DNA of 63,537 nucleotides, counting the filler, from Licmophora abbreviata (taxonomy: Eukaryota): the NCBI GenBank assembly GCA_900291995.1. It is 33 parts of 33 records of this genome, joined end to end, with 100 filler letters (N's around TTAATTAATTAA, not from the genome) between each part and the next. Parts side by side here need not be neighbours in the genome. Positions count along the whole stretch, not along the records: positions 36,336 to 38,186 come from OLMU01006480.1; positions 38,287 to 40,134 come from OLMU01006481.1; positions 40,235 to 41,339 come from OLMU01006482.1; positions 41,440 to 43,272 come from OLMU01006484.1; positions 43,373 to 45,205 come from OLMU01006485.1; positions 45,306 to 47,128 come from OLMU01006486.1; positions 47,229 to 49,047 come from OLMU01006487.1; 26 more parts are not named here. One strand, given 5' to 3'. A program made the translations under genes and the position numbers. The notes beneath the pieces were generated by a model. The model was not told the origin of the DNA, ran no database searches, and saw only the letters and a list, made by a program, of their open reading frames with translations. Every line of letters starts with the position of its first letter. Position 1 is the stretch's first letter. Shown here one piece after another: positions 36,406 to 49,147 of this stretch.

Positions 36406-38186
36406 CTACTTTCCGAAACAAGGGAATTGAATCCCCCATGTCGCGCCGCATTCTGGCTCGTTGCCTGCCACCATTGAGTCGCTGAGTATCGCTTCCTTTC
36501 CGTATTGGTAGTCAACCGTGTACAGCAGTATCGCCATGGGTTGACCGACAACGCAGAACGAAAGCCAAAATATGACGTTTCCCACGCTCCCAGGGTATCG
36601 ACGGCCCAAGTTTTTGGTAATGAAGACCAGCGGCAATTGCATCATTATGCCAATAAACGACCAAGGCTTTATCATGTGAAAAGGGACACTTATAACGACT
36701 TCGTGCAGGATAGCAGAGAGTAAGAAGACAACGAAAGTCCCCATGGTTCGCGAGAGGCCTCGTCTAGCACACGGAAAATACACATGTCGAACCAGCCAAT
36801 AGTGAACCGGCATATTCCTACAGCACGGAGAAGATAGCACGGTTTGAATCATGAACGGTCGCAAAAACACTCAAAACATCGCCGTGGCTACGTTGTACGT
36901 ACCACAGACGCCAGTATGACGATACTTCCGACGCGTTCCTACGTGTTACCATTCCAGCGTTAGCAACAAAGAGCCAGTTGTTGACAAGATCATGATCGAT
37001 GATGACTTACCACCAATCCTTGTAGAAAACTCGGTCGCCAAACCGAAGTATCTCGGCAAAGAGGTTGAGGTAGAGGTGAAAGTAGAAATAGAAAATCAGA
37101 AGCCAAGCATACGTATTCGTAAGCGACAGCTTTAGCCCGTACTCTGCGAGGATCGGCGCTGTGAGCACCCCGTTGGTAGCTTCCAGTTCTTTCGCCAGAT
37201 TTTTGAGGTTCGGACCAATAGACTGAGCGACGAGGAACATGAACAGCGCAAACGTGATACTCATGCGCAGAAGGATACTAGCAATCTTCCACAATCTCAC
37301 TCGAGGAGTACGAGGGAAGGCAATCTGATACGTTAGCGTTGGGGCACACACAAAATAGTAAAGATTCGGTAGAGTAATATTCCTGTCGAAGTAGGAAAAG
37401 GGGCATAAGAGGAAGAGCAGAGCATGAGAGGAAGAGAAAAAACCCAAAAGATCAAATGTTATACGTCGAATCCCGAAACTTACTGGGGGTATGATATCTC
37501 CGATGCGCCTGGGTCCAGGTTTTCGACAATTGCGAGAGTTGCGTGGTGCATGTCGAGGTTCCCCGATATCCGATAATCTTCATTTGCCAGGACGTAAGAT
37601 AGTAGCTTCATCCAGTATATTAACGATGCCATCAGTAGGATCCCTCCTTTTGCCGGATTATCCACGAAGTTCCACACGATTGCCATCTCCGCCGCCAGGA
37701 ACAAGTGTATGTTAACGTGGTGTAGGCACATTCCCATCTTCTCGGGCAGGCGCTTCTTGCACAAGGCCCACTCGATGGCGAAGCAGATTAAGATGAACTT
37801 CTGCATCAGGACGAAACCTGAAAAAACTGGAAAGTCAGCCCATGGGTCATCTTGGGAGCCAAACGACGGCAGATACTGATGAATGTGCGCGACGAAGAAC
37901 CCATGTTGCCTGATAACACCCAGCAGAATTCGAAAGTTGGATACAACGAGCAATATCATTCCAAGATTGAAGAATCCGCGATAGTTCTGTAGAGGTGCAT
38001 CGGGACTGAGGTAGGACGGAGCAGACGATCGATGCATGGGTTTCGAGGGAGGGTACCCCTTGGTCGATCGACTTTCTACGTTTTCAGCGTTCAAGTTGCC
38101 AGACTTCGTCCGATAAAGGCGCGGCTTCGACATTTTGCTTCCGGAAGGCACTCGTTTCAGTCTCGGGGGCGGGGGGTGCAAAATAG
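36406..38186 (-). CDS. DGAT1: Diacylglycerol O-acyltransferase 1 (MBOAT); exons 37484..38186, 37011..37382, 36903..36938, 36406..36817
   Basis: Spliced product reads FGDRVFYKDWWNASEVSSYWRLWNMPVHYWLVRHVYFP; APTLTYQ; SAILHE. Confidence 0.95.
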
Positions 38187-38286
38187 NNNNNNNNNNNNNN
38201 NNNNNNNNNNNNNNNNNNNNNNNNNNNNNNTTAATTAATTAANNNNNNNNNNNNNNNNNNNNNNNNNNNNNNNNNNNNNNNNNNNN

Positions 38287-40134
38287 GTCCTCATTGATGT
38301 TGAACAGGTGTGATGCAGCTGGAGTAACAGCCTCTCCAGACATGTCGTCCGGGGCTTCTTCGATGATGGAGTTGACATAGTCTGTCATAATGAACTTCAC
38401 TTTGCCCGGTAGGCTGTAGTCGATGGTCATTCCCAAGTATTCGTGTACGAGTCCACGCTGTACGGTGAGCGGAGCTTCAATGCCGTACTTCGCGTTGAGC
38501 TTCTTCACGATCCATTCCAGCACCGACTGTTTAACGTGAGACAGTTTCAAGTCATCGACATGCCACACGATAGTGCATTGTTCGCCGTCTATAGTCTTGT
38601 TGGCGACGCATGCGTCGTAAGGGTTCAGGGTAAAGCCTAGCTCATCCACAAGGAATCCTGATAGGTTCTTCCAGAACAGTATTGCTCCCTGCAGAGTCCC
38701 ATACAGAGCCTTCTTAAGCTCCACATACAACACTGGCTTGCCACCCTCGTGAGTAAGGTATTTTCGGTATTTCTTTGGGTCTACCCTGGTCAGCAATTCC
38801 GCCATTGGACCTTGTAGTCGCACGTGTACCAGCTCGTCCATATCTGATTGCATAAATGCACCTGGGATGTCGACAGTGACTATCTTTCTCTGCTGTTGAG
38901 AGTCGATGACTGACGTAAGGAATAGTGCCTCGCTACTGACAGTGGGAGAGCTGGTCTCCTCCTTGGATTTATATAGTCTCTGTTTCCGGCCATCAGCACA
39001 TCCCCTGGCTTTGATCCGACCACAACGCTTCCGCTTCAGGTACATAAGGTACTGCAGTGATCGACGTTTCTGTTCGCGGGTGAGGTCCTTCGCATCCCTA
39101 GGTTCAATAGCACGCCGATAGTCAAGCTGTTCCATTTCGGCAACCACTGCATCTGCTCCAGCTTTTCCAAACAGTTTGAGTCCCTTCTTGAGTGACATCT
39201 GCTCCGTCTGGAATAGATATCCGAATGGCTGATCGATTTTTCCATCTAGTCGATATAGATGCGAGAGTGACGTATCTTTCGACTGTAATCCTCGAGTCAT
39301 CTCATTCATCTCGTCTCGATGCCGATGTTGGTAGCTTCTCGGTCTCCTATCGCGTAGGTCACGACCATGGGTCCTTGCTCCGTATCGGTTATCCATTTGT
39401 TCCGAGATATTTCCTCCGTCATGGCCGATTGTGTCTTCAGCGATGCCATTGTCATCGATTGTGTTCTCCGTGGTGTCATCATCATCAGGGTCACTGCCGT
39501 TCACTCCTGCATTTCCGATGCGGATTGCATCATCCACTCCTGTGATTTCACGATTAACTGCATTTCCCACTCCTGTGCTCGCGACTGGTGTCTCGGCCGT
39601 GCGACCTCGCTGTGCGGTGCTATCTTGTGTCTGTGGTGGTGCAATGGTTGCATCTCTGACATTGATTGTATCAGGTCCAGTATTTTGGTTGTTGTACTCA
39701 CGGATGGCCTCTTCCAGGTCGCGTTGTTCCGTATCGTGCTGATTGGTGGGTTGATCTCCTTCTTGATGCTCTTCCGCATCGCTATCATCATTATGATTCT
39801 CATCCGCGGCCCTGTCTGCGTCCTCATCATCTGAGTCCTCGTCATCCAAGTCTTCGGCGGCGTCCTCATCCGCGGCCCTGTCTGCGTCCTCATCATCTGA
39901 GTCCTCGTCATCCAAGTCTTCGGCGGCGTCGTAGTAGTTGTGAGTGCCTGATGGGTTCACTCCTGCGGGCTTCGGCGGTGCAGCCGATGGGCCGTAATTA
40001 CTATCATCATCATCGAAATCATCATCGGAATCATCATCATTATCACTGTCACTGGTAGAGCTGGCATCCGAGGGATCATACGCGGAGTCGTGATCATCGT
40101 CGACATCGTCATCATAGTCAGGAAGCTCGTGACC
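38287..40134 (-). mobile_element. Ty1/copia retrotransposon RT region
   Basis: IKARGCADGRKQ, VDIPGAFMQ, KALYGTLQ, WHVDDLK, EYLGMTI; 66-bp tandem duplication at 39799-39930. Confidence 0.95.
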
Positions 40135-40234
40135 NNNNNNNNNNNNNNNNNNNNNNNNNNNNNNNNNNNNNNNNNNNNTTAATTAATTAANNNNNNNNNN
40201 NNNNNNNNNNNNNNNNNNNNNNNNNNNNNNNNNN

Positions 40235-41339
40235 CCGTAGGTCACGACCACATCTGACTCTCCCATCAAATACCAGTCGAGATAGGCCTCGGCAAAATCT
40301 GCTGTTGACGGCCTTCGAAATGTGCGTGTATGTTGACCACGCGACACCGTGGTCAGCACGGTTCTTGGAAGTAGTAGTGATGATGACCTTGGATGTTGGT
40401 CACCATGATATTCTGCAGTGATCCACTCCTTGACCTCAGTCGAGTCGGAAAGTACCATCCACACGACACGAGATACCGGTGTATTCCAATTCTCCTTCAA
40501 AAACATGTTTTCAATCGAGAGAGCACCCCTCGCCGCTCCTCTCGCCCATTTCAGCTGCTCTTCCTTGGTGAAATGACGGCTGTTTGGTAGAGTATCGTTC
40601 CCAGCCTTCTCTATATCAGCCATGTAGTCTGCCATTCCGGTTCGAACGTAAAGCGCCATGACGAATGTCTCTTTGTCTTGTAATATAGGGAGAATATCAG
40701 TAAATAAGCCTGGCTGGAACGAAGCTGCCCTGGGCGACAAGTGAAAGAGGGCCCCCAGCGAGCAGGCCATACCCGTCTCCAACACAAAGCCTGGCAGTGC
40801 GTCTTGCAAATGGCGAAACGAGCTTTGATTCAGCCAGTATCTCTCAGCATCATGATAGGCGAATCGATATGCTGGAACGTCACTAATGTTGGCCTGGTGC
40901 TCACTCATGTTCGACAGCCGCTGCTCTACGCTTTGAAAGGGGGGTCTGAAACATGACTTGTCTTTGGAACATGTGAATTCCAATGGAACAGTCCAGTTGT
41001 ACAACGGTCCTTCCGATAGGAGCCCGGCGGAGGTCTCTTGCGATAGTGGTAGCGAGGAAGAAACTGGGACAAGAACACTATGGATATCAATAGCTGGACC
41101 ATAATCGAAGACCAATTTGCATCCCGCTTGCACAGCGATAAGGGACGCAGTCACGATATCGGCAACCCACATGCCGATGCCTTCATTGCTTCCGGGCCTT
41201 GGCCGGCCGAACACTGTGCAGTTCAAGGGAGCCGCCGCATGTCTCTTCGTCACCACCCAGGGACATTGTTCTGCGAAGTCAGCTGTACCATACTTTGGAA
41301 ATCTCGAGAGTAAGCGACCTTCCAGAGTCCATCGAGACC
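40235..41339 (-). CDS. Fucosyltransferase-like glycosyltransferase fragment
   Basis: ALYVRTG, VLSDS and AYLDWYLMGESDVVV resemble alpha-1,2/1,6/O-FucT motifs I-III. Confidence 0.55.
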
Positions 41340-41439
41340 NNNNNNNNNNNNNNNNNNNNNNNNNNNNNNNNNNNNNNNNNNNNTTAATTAATTAANNNNN
41401 NNNNNNNNNNNNNNNNNNNNNNNNNNNNNNNNNNNNNNN

Positions 41440-42667
41440 AAGCTTTTTGCAAAACATTGAACCTCCATCCGTCGAGCTCCATGTGACCTCAGTGAATACG
41501 ACTACCAGCGTAGTTGTCGAATATCCTGTTGGAACGATCTTTCTACCCTCTGTCATGGTTGATCCCGACAACATCACGATAATTACGTTGCCTAGTCAGG
41601 CTGCGCAAGCTTGGGTTCCGGGCTCCGGCAATACAAACTCAGTCAGAGTTCGAGCAGCCGACGACTTCTTTGTCTACATGATTAATCGCCTTGGCTTTAC
41701 GTCCGATGCTGCCCTTGCATTCCCCGTCGTCGCGCTCAATACCGAATACATTGTCGTGGATTACAATGGCTTTCCAGGGCAAGGTTTAGCGGCTAGTATA
41801 TTTGTTGTAACCGCTGTGTTTGATGGCACTGTGGTGACGATCACTCCGACGAATGACATCTTTGGCCATCGTGCTCTCGATGGTGCCTTTAGCGTGACGC
41901 TGGACTTTGGCGAGTCATACTATGCGCGTGCCACCCTAGGTGGGCCAGTCTCATTGACGGGATCCACCATTGTGGCATCGCAACGTGTCACCGTGACCAA
42001 TGGAGTGGTGTGCACACAAGTTCCCTCGGGTGTTGCGGCTTGCGATCATTTGTTCCAAGTGGCCCAGCCAGTGCAAACCTGGGGCCGATCCATCGCAGTC
42101 GCCAACCTCCCCCAGCGCCCCTCTGGGTCTGTGTACCGTATCGTTGCAGCAGAAGACGACACTTCGGTCACTCAAGATGGCGCCTCACTGGTGACTCTCA
42201 ACAAAGGAGAGTTCTTTGAGACTGCACAACTGCCGGGCAACTACTTACTGGAGGGCGACAAACCAATTTTCGTCGTACAGTTCATGACTGGAAGTGAGTC
42301 GACAGGATCCGGTGGCCTTGGAGACCCGGCTATGGGAAATATGATCCCTACTGATCAATTCCTCAATGAATACACCTTCTCAACTGTCGGTGGTAGCCAA
42401 TTCAGGACCAATTATGTGACCGTTATTGCCGACGACCGGGACGTGGCAATGGGAACCGTGACTTTAGACGGAGTGCCGGTCGCAAGCTCAGAATTTTCTT
42501 CGATTGGGTCCAGTGGGCTTTCAACGGCGACACTTCTCCTTGTAGAAGGCGTACACGCCACGGAGTCCCAAACTGCTGGGCATGGAATCTATGTCATGGG
42601 GTTGAATTCTTTTGACTCCTACCTCTATCCAGGTGGTGCCAAAATTGCGACGTTGACGCCGCCCTAG
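41440..42667 (+). CDS. IgGFc-binding (FCGBP N-terminal) domain protein, 5'-truncated
   Basis: TSDAALAFPVVALNTEY, LTGSTIVAS, CDHLFQVAQPVQTWG, KPIFVVQF, GDPAM..IPTDQF, SYLYPGG. Confidence 0.8.
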
Positions 42668-43372
42668 ATTTGTACCATTCCGTCGGCTGTCGGCCGCAGC
42701 CTCGAGTCATTTCGTTTCCTGTTTGTATCAACGTGAACCAACGAATGCAGTATGAATCTACGTTTTGAGTTTGTGTGTTTTGTACCTTGGATTGTGGTGC
42801 TGTTTGTTGAATTACACCTGGTAGACATACATACCATAGATATGTTGCTCCCGGGCTGTTGCTCTCGAAGGGCGGTTGCCTGGAGCGCCTCGTTGCCTAA
42901 CAACAACGGTGTAGCGTTACTAGAGAATCGTGTTAGTATTACTGAAAAGAAGATTCTAGCATGAGGTATCACTAGCGGGAAAGCGTTGGAAGCAGCCAGC
43001 GATAACTACAGTAGTAGCTAGTATACCTGCTGGTGGTACTGGGACCAGGTACACTCTAGATTGGCAACCACTATTGTATATACCCCCACCCACCCCACCC
43101 AGCACCGAGGCCGGCTGTGGCCCCTGCGTCTTGCCCCAGTGATAGCGATGAAATGAAGCATCAGACGAAGTGTTGTTGGTCGAGGATGGATCCGATGAAG
43201 AGAGTCGAGTCGAGTCAGTCGAAAATAGCGTGTTGCGAGCATCGGAACGTGTTCAGTTATGGATTGTGACACNNNNNNNNNNNNNNNNNNNNNNNNNNNN
43301 NNNNNNNNNNNNNNNNTTAATTAATTAANNNNNNNNNNNNNNNNNNNNNNNNNNNNNNNNNNNNNNNNNNNN

Positions 43373-44639
43373 ACTGAATGCGCATGCGCACAAAACTTTA
43401 TTTCAACTGTCGTGTGGGTGGCGGTACAAGTGCCGGCTGATTGCGGCCGTCTTGACGCATCCAAATTGCCTGATCATTGACGAACCTTCATTTCTGGACA
43501 GTGCGTCACTAAAATGGCTGATGGAACAGCTGAATCGCCTGGCGAAAGTTGAACAATGCATGGTTCTGTTGATTTCTCATAAGGAGGCCCTGTTGGAGGC
43601 CCTGTGCGATCGCATCATTCACATCAATTCTGCGAATCAAACATTGACGACGTACAATTGTGGATACGCTGCCTTTCGTGACGTTCTCGAAACAGAAATT
43701 CAGCACACATCCAAGCAGTTGAACGAGACCAAAGACCATGCAGAAATAGCCGACAAGTGCCTGAAAAAGATCCAAGTAGCGTGTAAAAAGCGTGAGGCCA
43801 ATTTTCACAAAATTTCGGAACACCGCTCCATCGACAAACGATTCATCAAAGGAAAGAACAAGGAAGCCAAGCAAAATGCAGACCGATCGGCGGCTTCAAA
43901 ACTGAAAAAGGCGCAGCAAGCCGTCAGAGATGCGGAGGAAATCAAGCACAAGGCCAAGAGAGAACGCGTGAAACCCATACACATTGAAGGCATCCCATCT
44001 TCTCACGGAATCCTAGTCTCGATGGAGAATGTCGGACTCAAGTACGAAGACGATGAAGACTGGGTATTTCAAAACGTGGATACTTCTCTAGAGGCAAATG
44101 ATAGAGTCCTTCTTCAGGGAACCAACGGTTGTGGAAAGACTTCCTTGGTCAAGATGATCCTCGGCGAGTTGGAGCCAACGGAAGGAACCATCCATCGCTC
44201 TATCCAGAACATCCTGTACTTTCCACAAACCGCACTGTACCAGCTACTTCGTCAACATGGCAACGATACTTCCATGGAGTTTCTACAATCTGCCAAGAGC
44301 CTGACGGAAACCAAAGCGAGACACCACTTGGGAAATTTGGGTTTGAACAGGGACCTTGCTCTCCATAAAATTAAGACCCTTTCGGCTGGACAAAGAGTGC
44401 GCGTGTGGCTGGCGCGACAAGTTTTGTTACACCCCAAGCCATCACTGCTCATTTTGGATGAAATGTCGGAAAATGTCGACGTCGAGACTCGAAAGTCCTT
44501 GGAGGAGATGCTAGCTTCATTTCAAGGAGCCGTCTTGGTCATATCTCACGACCCTGATTTCTGCGGCTCTTTTTCCAAAAGCATGACGAAAACTTGGAAG
44601 CTGTGGCATCATGGGCTCCAAGTACAGTTTCAAGAGTAG
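43373..44639 (+). CDS. ABC-F-like ATPase, 5'-truncated
   Basis: IIDEP..LD and ISH; GTNGCGKT, LSAGQ, LLILDE, ISHD; no transmembrane segments. Confidence 0.85.
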
Positions 44640-44924
44640 CCAAGAGTATAAGAGAACGTAATGAGTAGAACTTTGTCTAGGAAAGACCGAGATGACTAAT
44701 CGAAGTGCGAGCGTTTTCGCCAGATCAAGTCTTGCGGGACTGACACAAAGAAAGGGGTGCGGGTGAAGGTCAGACGGAAAGGTATCTTTGAAAAGTCGAG
44801 AACCCATCAACTTCAAATCGAACAAGGGCGACATCAAGACATCACCCATCAACTAGGTCTTCGAGGCGAAGGCATTCATTATGCAGCAACAAAATCAAAT
44901 AAAAGATCGTTCCGTATTGCCACC

Positions 44925-45205
44925 ATGAAGTCGGTTTTCGCTCTCGCTCTCTTGGCATCTGCCACCGCCTTTCAGGCTCCACTTCCCCAGCCTCGTGTCG
45001 CAGCGTCTATGACGGCCCTTTCCATGGCGGATACGAAAAGAAACGCAGCGGCAGCAACCCCATGGGAAACTTCCATCGCAGTCTAACCGGCAACTTTGAA
45101 CCCATCCATGGACATGATAGTCTCGAGAATAACCTCCAAGATCAGTGGGAAGCGCAACAAGAACTTTTGGCCAAGCGTCGTGCCAACCATTTGGACAAGA
45201 GTCAC
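44925..45205 (+). CDS. Small plastid-targeted protein N-terminus, apparent frameshift near 45035
   Basis: MKSVFALALLASATAFQAP bipartite presequence. Confidence 0.55.
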
Positions 45206-45305
45206 NNNNNNNNNNNNNNNNNNNNNNNNNNNNNNNNNNNNNNNNNNNNTTAATTAATTAANNNNNNNNNNNNNNNNNNNNNNNNNNNNNNNNNNNNNNN
45301 NNNNN

Positions 45306-46684
45306 AGTTAAATCGATGTAAATCCGGTACAGTGGCACGCAGAGTTCTCGAAGAGGCCTTGGGAATATCTACGAGTGTGTCCGGTGGCGATAATGGTGGT
45401 CCTCTTTATGGTTCGATATCCATCCCTCGGGGGGCTTCTGATCGGGCCCTATCTGACGGTGATCTTGCCATTCAAACCAAAGTTCGCAACAAAAAGTATG
45501 GAATCATGGAGTTGATTGAATTGAGTGGCGACAAGGATGCCGATCGAGCCAGTCTCGCCGTGTTTTGCGTTATGGTCAGCTGCACTATCTCCGCGTTGGT
45601 GGCTAACCAGAATCTACCAGGACCAGAAATTCTACGATTTGTCGTGGTATGGATCCTAAGCTTTGCACCGCTGGCCTTTGTAGGATATGGAATTGCGACA
45701 CCAGAAAAACTACAAACGCTTCTGGTCTTGGTTCAACGCAACGTATTTCCGACATACCGCAAACGCATGATTCAACACGAAGCAGGACATTTTCTCATGG
45801 GGCATTTGCTGGGCCTACCTGTCAAAGGGTACGCGACGAATGCCGTCAAGAATGCTGTTGAGTTTTATCCTTTGAGCGACCCTGATGTTGGCCGGAACCG
45901 CGCTGCCTTGCTGGGGTTTGATGGGACGATCCGTCCCGATGCTTCAGGCATTGCTGGTCCAACGACATCAGTAGACTCTCCTTTCTTTAGCAAAGATGGG
46001 AAAGGCGCCGATATTGTCCGGGACCAGTCAGTCTTTCGAAAAAACAAGAATTACACAGACAATCCATTTCTGAAGTTGCCTTCCCAAAACGAACCGTCCA
46101 ACTCTTGGCCTTTCAGAGGATTCGACGACGAGACTGTGGACAAACTCACAGTGATAAGCGTTGCCGGAGCTTGCGCTGAAATTCTGGCGTATGGAAATGC
46201 TGAGGGTGGGTACGCCGATTTCAGTCAGCTAAAGCAGATATTCAAAAGTGCCGAGCCCGAGTTGGATGATCGCAGCCAGGAGAATCGAGTTCGATTCGCG
46301 CTTGGGTACACAATGAGTCAGTTGCGCGGTCATCTTGGCGCCCTAGATGCTCTTGCCGAAGTGATGGAACGCAGCGGAAGTGTTGCAGAGTGCGTACTGG
46401 CCGTTGAATCTTGCTCGAGCGTCTCTGGACAGGATGGTATCATTGGAGACTACGAGCGTCGGAGAAGGGATCGATTCCGATCGGATCAAGTCGGGCTAAT
46501 AGAGAAAGTATTGCTTGGCCAGAAGACCGCCGACACGGAAGAAGATCGACTCGTTGAAGGTAAGGGCGGAGGTTATCGGAACGAGGGTTTTCAACTGACA
46601 GGAGATGACCCTCTTTATGCAGCTCTTGCAGTAGCAATCGCGTTCTTTCTCTGGGCGACCTCTGGCGGTCTAAGTCTACATTGA
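45306..46684 (+). CDS. M41/FtsH-protease-domain-like membrane protein (VIR3-like), 5'-truncated
   Basis: Two TM helices, RMIQHEAGHFLMGHLLGLPV, VAGACAEILAYGNAEGGYAD. Confidence 0.8.
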
Positions 46685-47228
46685 AGAGCCTCTATGAGAG
46701 TTAGTTGAGGTTTTCGTATTTTCAGTTTATTTTTATATGATCTTTTGTATGGCTTCTCAATCTCTCCTGAATGCATCCATATGTCTTTGATCAGCAGTGC
46801 TCGCTAGTTTTCGTTTACAGCATCTGCCGATTAGCGATAGACATTCAAAATAGGACGCAACCCCCGACGCCAACATGCAAAAGTAATCGCACACTCCAAG
46901 CATGCGACTCCGATCGAATGGAGAGAGAGTTCCAATGTTTCATACCTTGATATAATGTGGTCTACCGTCTCTACTGCTGTAGAATGGACAGGACCTTCGT
47001 GCTGCGGGAGTTCTCGAAGTGATCACGCACCGCTTCCCATTCGTTCGTTTCAAACTTGTGCGTCGGCTTGAGGAGGAGCGCCTTCCAGCAGCGTTCGCTC
47101 TCGTGCTTGTCAAACCGTTTCTTGTGACNNNNNNNNNNNNNNNNNNNNNNNNNNNNNNNNNNNNNNNNNNNNTTAATTAATTAANNNNNNNNNNNNNNNN
47201 NNNNNNNNNNNNNNNNNNNNNNNNNNNN

Positions 47229-49047
47229 TACGTTGCCTAGCCAGTACTATGAGGCATCGGTCCCGCCTGTCAGGGCGGTGGAGGGGGCGCCGACCAACCC
47301 TCCCATCGGCGGTACGGTGGGGGGAAGCGGCCCGACCGAGTCACGATCCAGTCCCGAACGAAACCCGAATCTGAATCCCGCGTATGCCGTGTACGGCGCA
47401 CTCCCGGTCCGAATCACGGAAGTACTAGCCCGAGCTGGAGCGGCCAACCGTCCACCCCGGGCTACCAGTGGATCGGAAGCTTGCTTGTCCTTTCATGTTA
47501 AAGGCATTTGTAACTCCGATTGTCGTCGCCGAGCAGACCACCGCGCCTATACGGAAGCCGAGGACGCCGCGCTTCTAGCATGGTGCCAGAGGTGGTACAC
47601 GGAGGCTCCTGCCAGCTAGGATGCTGGGCGGGGGGGGGGGGGGCTGCGCATCTTTACGCAGTCCCCTCTGACGCCGCCCCCTGTACGAACCATACCTGTA
47701 TCGACCCCGAACACGAACACACCACGAAGCCGAAAACGCAACCACGTATCGATGCAACAGGAACCCCAGGAGGCCGCGGAACATAACCCATTACGTAAGT
47801 ACATGTTGAGAGATTCTCGTCTTTTAGCTAGCCAAGGGTGGCGATCTTTCGTCACCGAACGCCGCCGACAAGGCGACTTTGGAGCCCTCAACATCAATCA
47901 TCCAGCCCAACCTTTACTCCGGTACTTATCGAAGACCGGAGCCCCGGTGATCTTCACAACGCCGCCCTGGGATCCACATCGAATCCACGCAGCCGCCCTA
48001 CGCGGCCCCCATAAGTCGGCTACTGATCACGCCGACTTCCTACGAAACGAAATGGCCGACATGATCCTCCGCCAACAGTGGGTAGTGCTACCGTATGAGT
48101 CGGTTAAGGCACTACCCGGACTGCGTCTCAGTCCAATCGGTGTAGTCCCCCAACGTGACCGACGACCGCGTACCATCGTGGACTACACTTTCCATGGTGT
48201 CAACGACGACACCCTCCGCCTCGCACCAGCCGAAGCTATGCGATTTGGCCAAGCTTTCCAACGCCTTCTGGTGGCCATCGTGAATGCCGATCCACGACAT
48301 GGCCCGGTACATCTATGCAAAATAGACATCGCCGACGGTTTCTATCGGATTAAGCTACGAGCTGACGATATCCCCAAACTGGGGGTGAGTTTTCCGTCCG
48401 AAGTCGCGGGCGAACACGTGGTGGCGTTCCCTCTCGTGTTGCCGATGGGCTGGGTCAGTAGCCCCCCGTGGTTCTGTGCCGCCACCGAAACCGTGGCCGA
48501 CGTCGCCAACCAATTCATCGACCGAGGAGCCCGGCCGCCGCCACATCATCTCGACCGCCTCGCCGAGACCGTACCCATCATGGAGCCCCTTTCGACTCCC
48601 CAGCGCGACGCTAACCTGGCGGTACCGTTGGAACGTACCTCCCCTCTGCCCACAGCCAAACATCGCCGGCCGTTGGGCATGTTTGAGGTGTACATTGATG
48701 ATTTCTGTGGGGTCGCTCAGGGCAGCCGGAAGCGCCGGCGACGTCTTCGACGCATCCTGTTTCACACGCTAGACCAAGTCTTTCGCCCGTTGGCTCCCCA
48801 AGACCCACCAACTCGCCAAGAGCCCATCTCCGTCAAAAAATTACGAAAAGGCGATGGCCACTGGGCCACGCGCAAGGTGATTCTGGGCTGGCTCCTCGAT
48901 ACTGTGGCGGGCACCCTGGAACTGCCTCCACACCGGCTCGAACGCCTCTGGGAGATTCTTGACTCTGTCCCTGCAGAACAGAAGCGAGTGTCGCTGCGCA
49001 AGTGGCACCAAGTCCTAGGCGAACTCCGTGCCATGGCGCTGGCCATA
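47229..49047 (+). mobile_element. YR/DIRS-like retrotransposon copy A: gag 3' end (TAG 47617-47619) plus RT
   Basis: CLSFHVKGICNSDCRRRADH finger; RGPHKS, SPIGVVPQRDRRPRTIVDYT, KIDIADGFYRI, LPMGWVSSPPWF, YIDDF. Confidence 0.9.
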
Positions 49048-49147
49048 NNNNNNNNNNNNNNNNNNNNNNNNNNNNNNNNNNNNNNNNNNNNTTAATTAAT
49101 TAANNNNNNNNNNNNNNNNNNNNNNNNNNNNNNNNNNNNNNNNNNNN

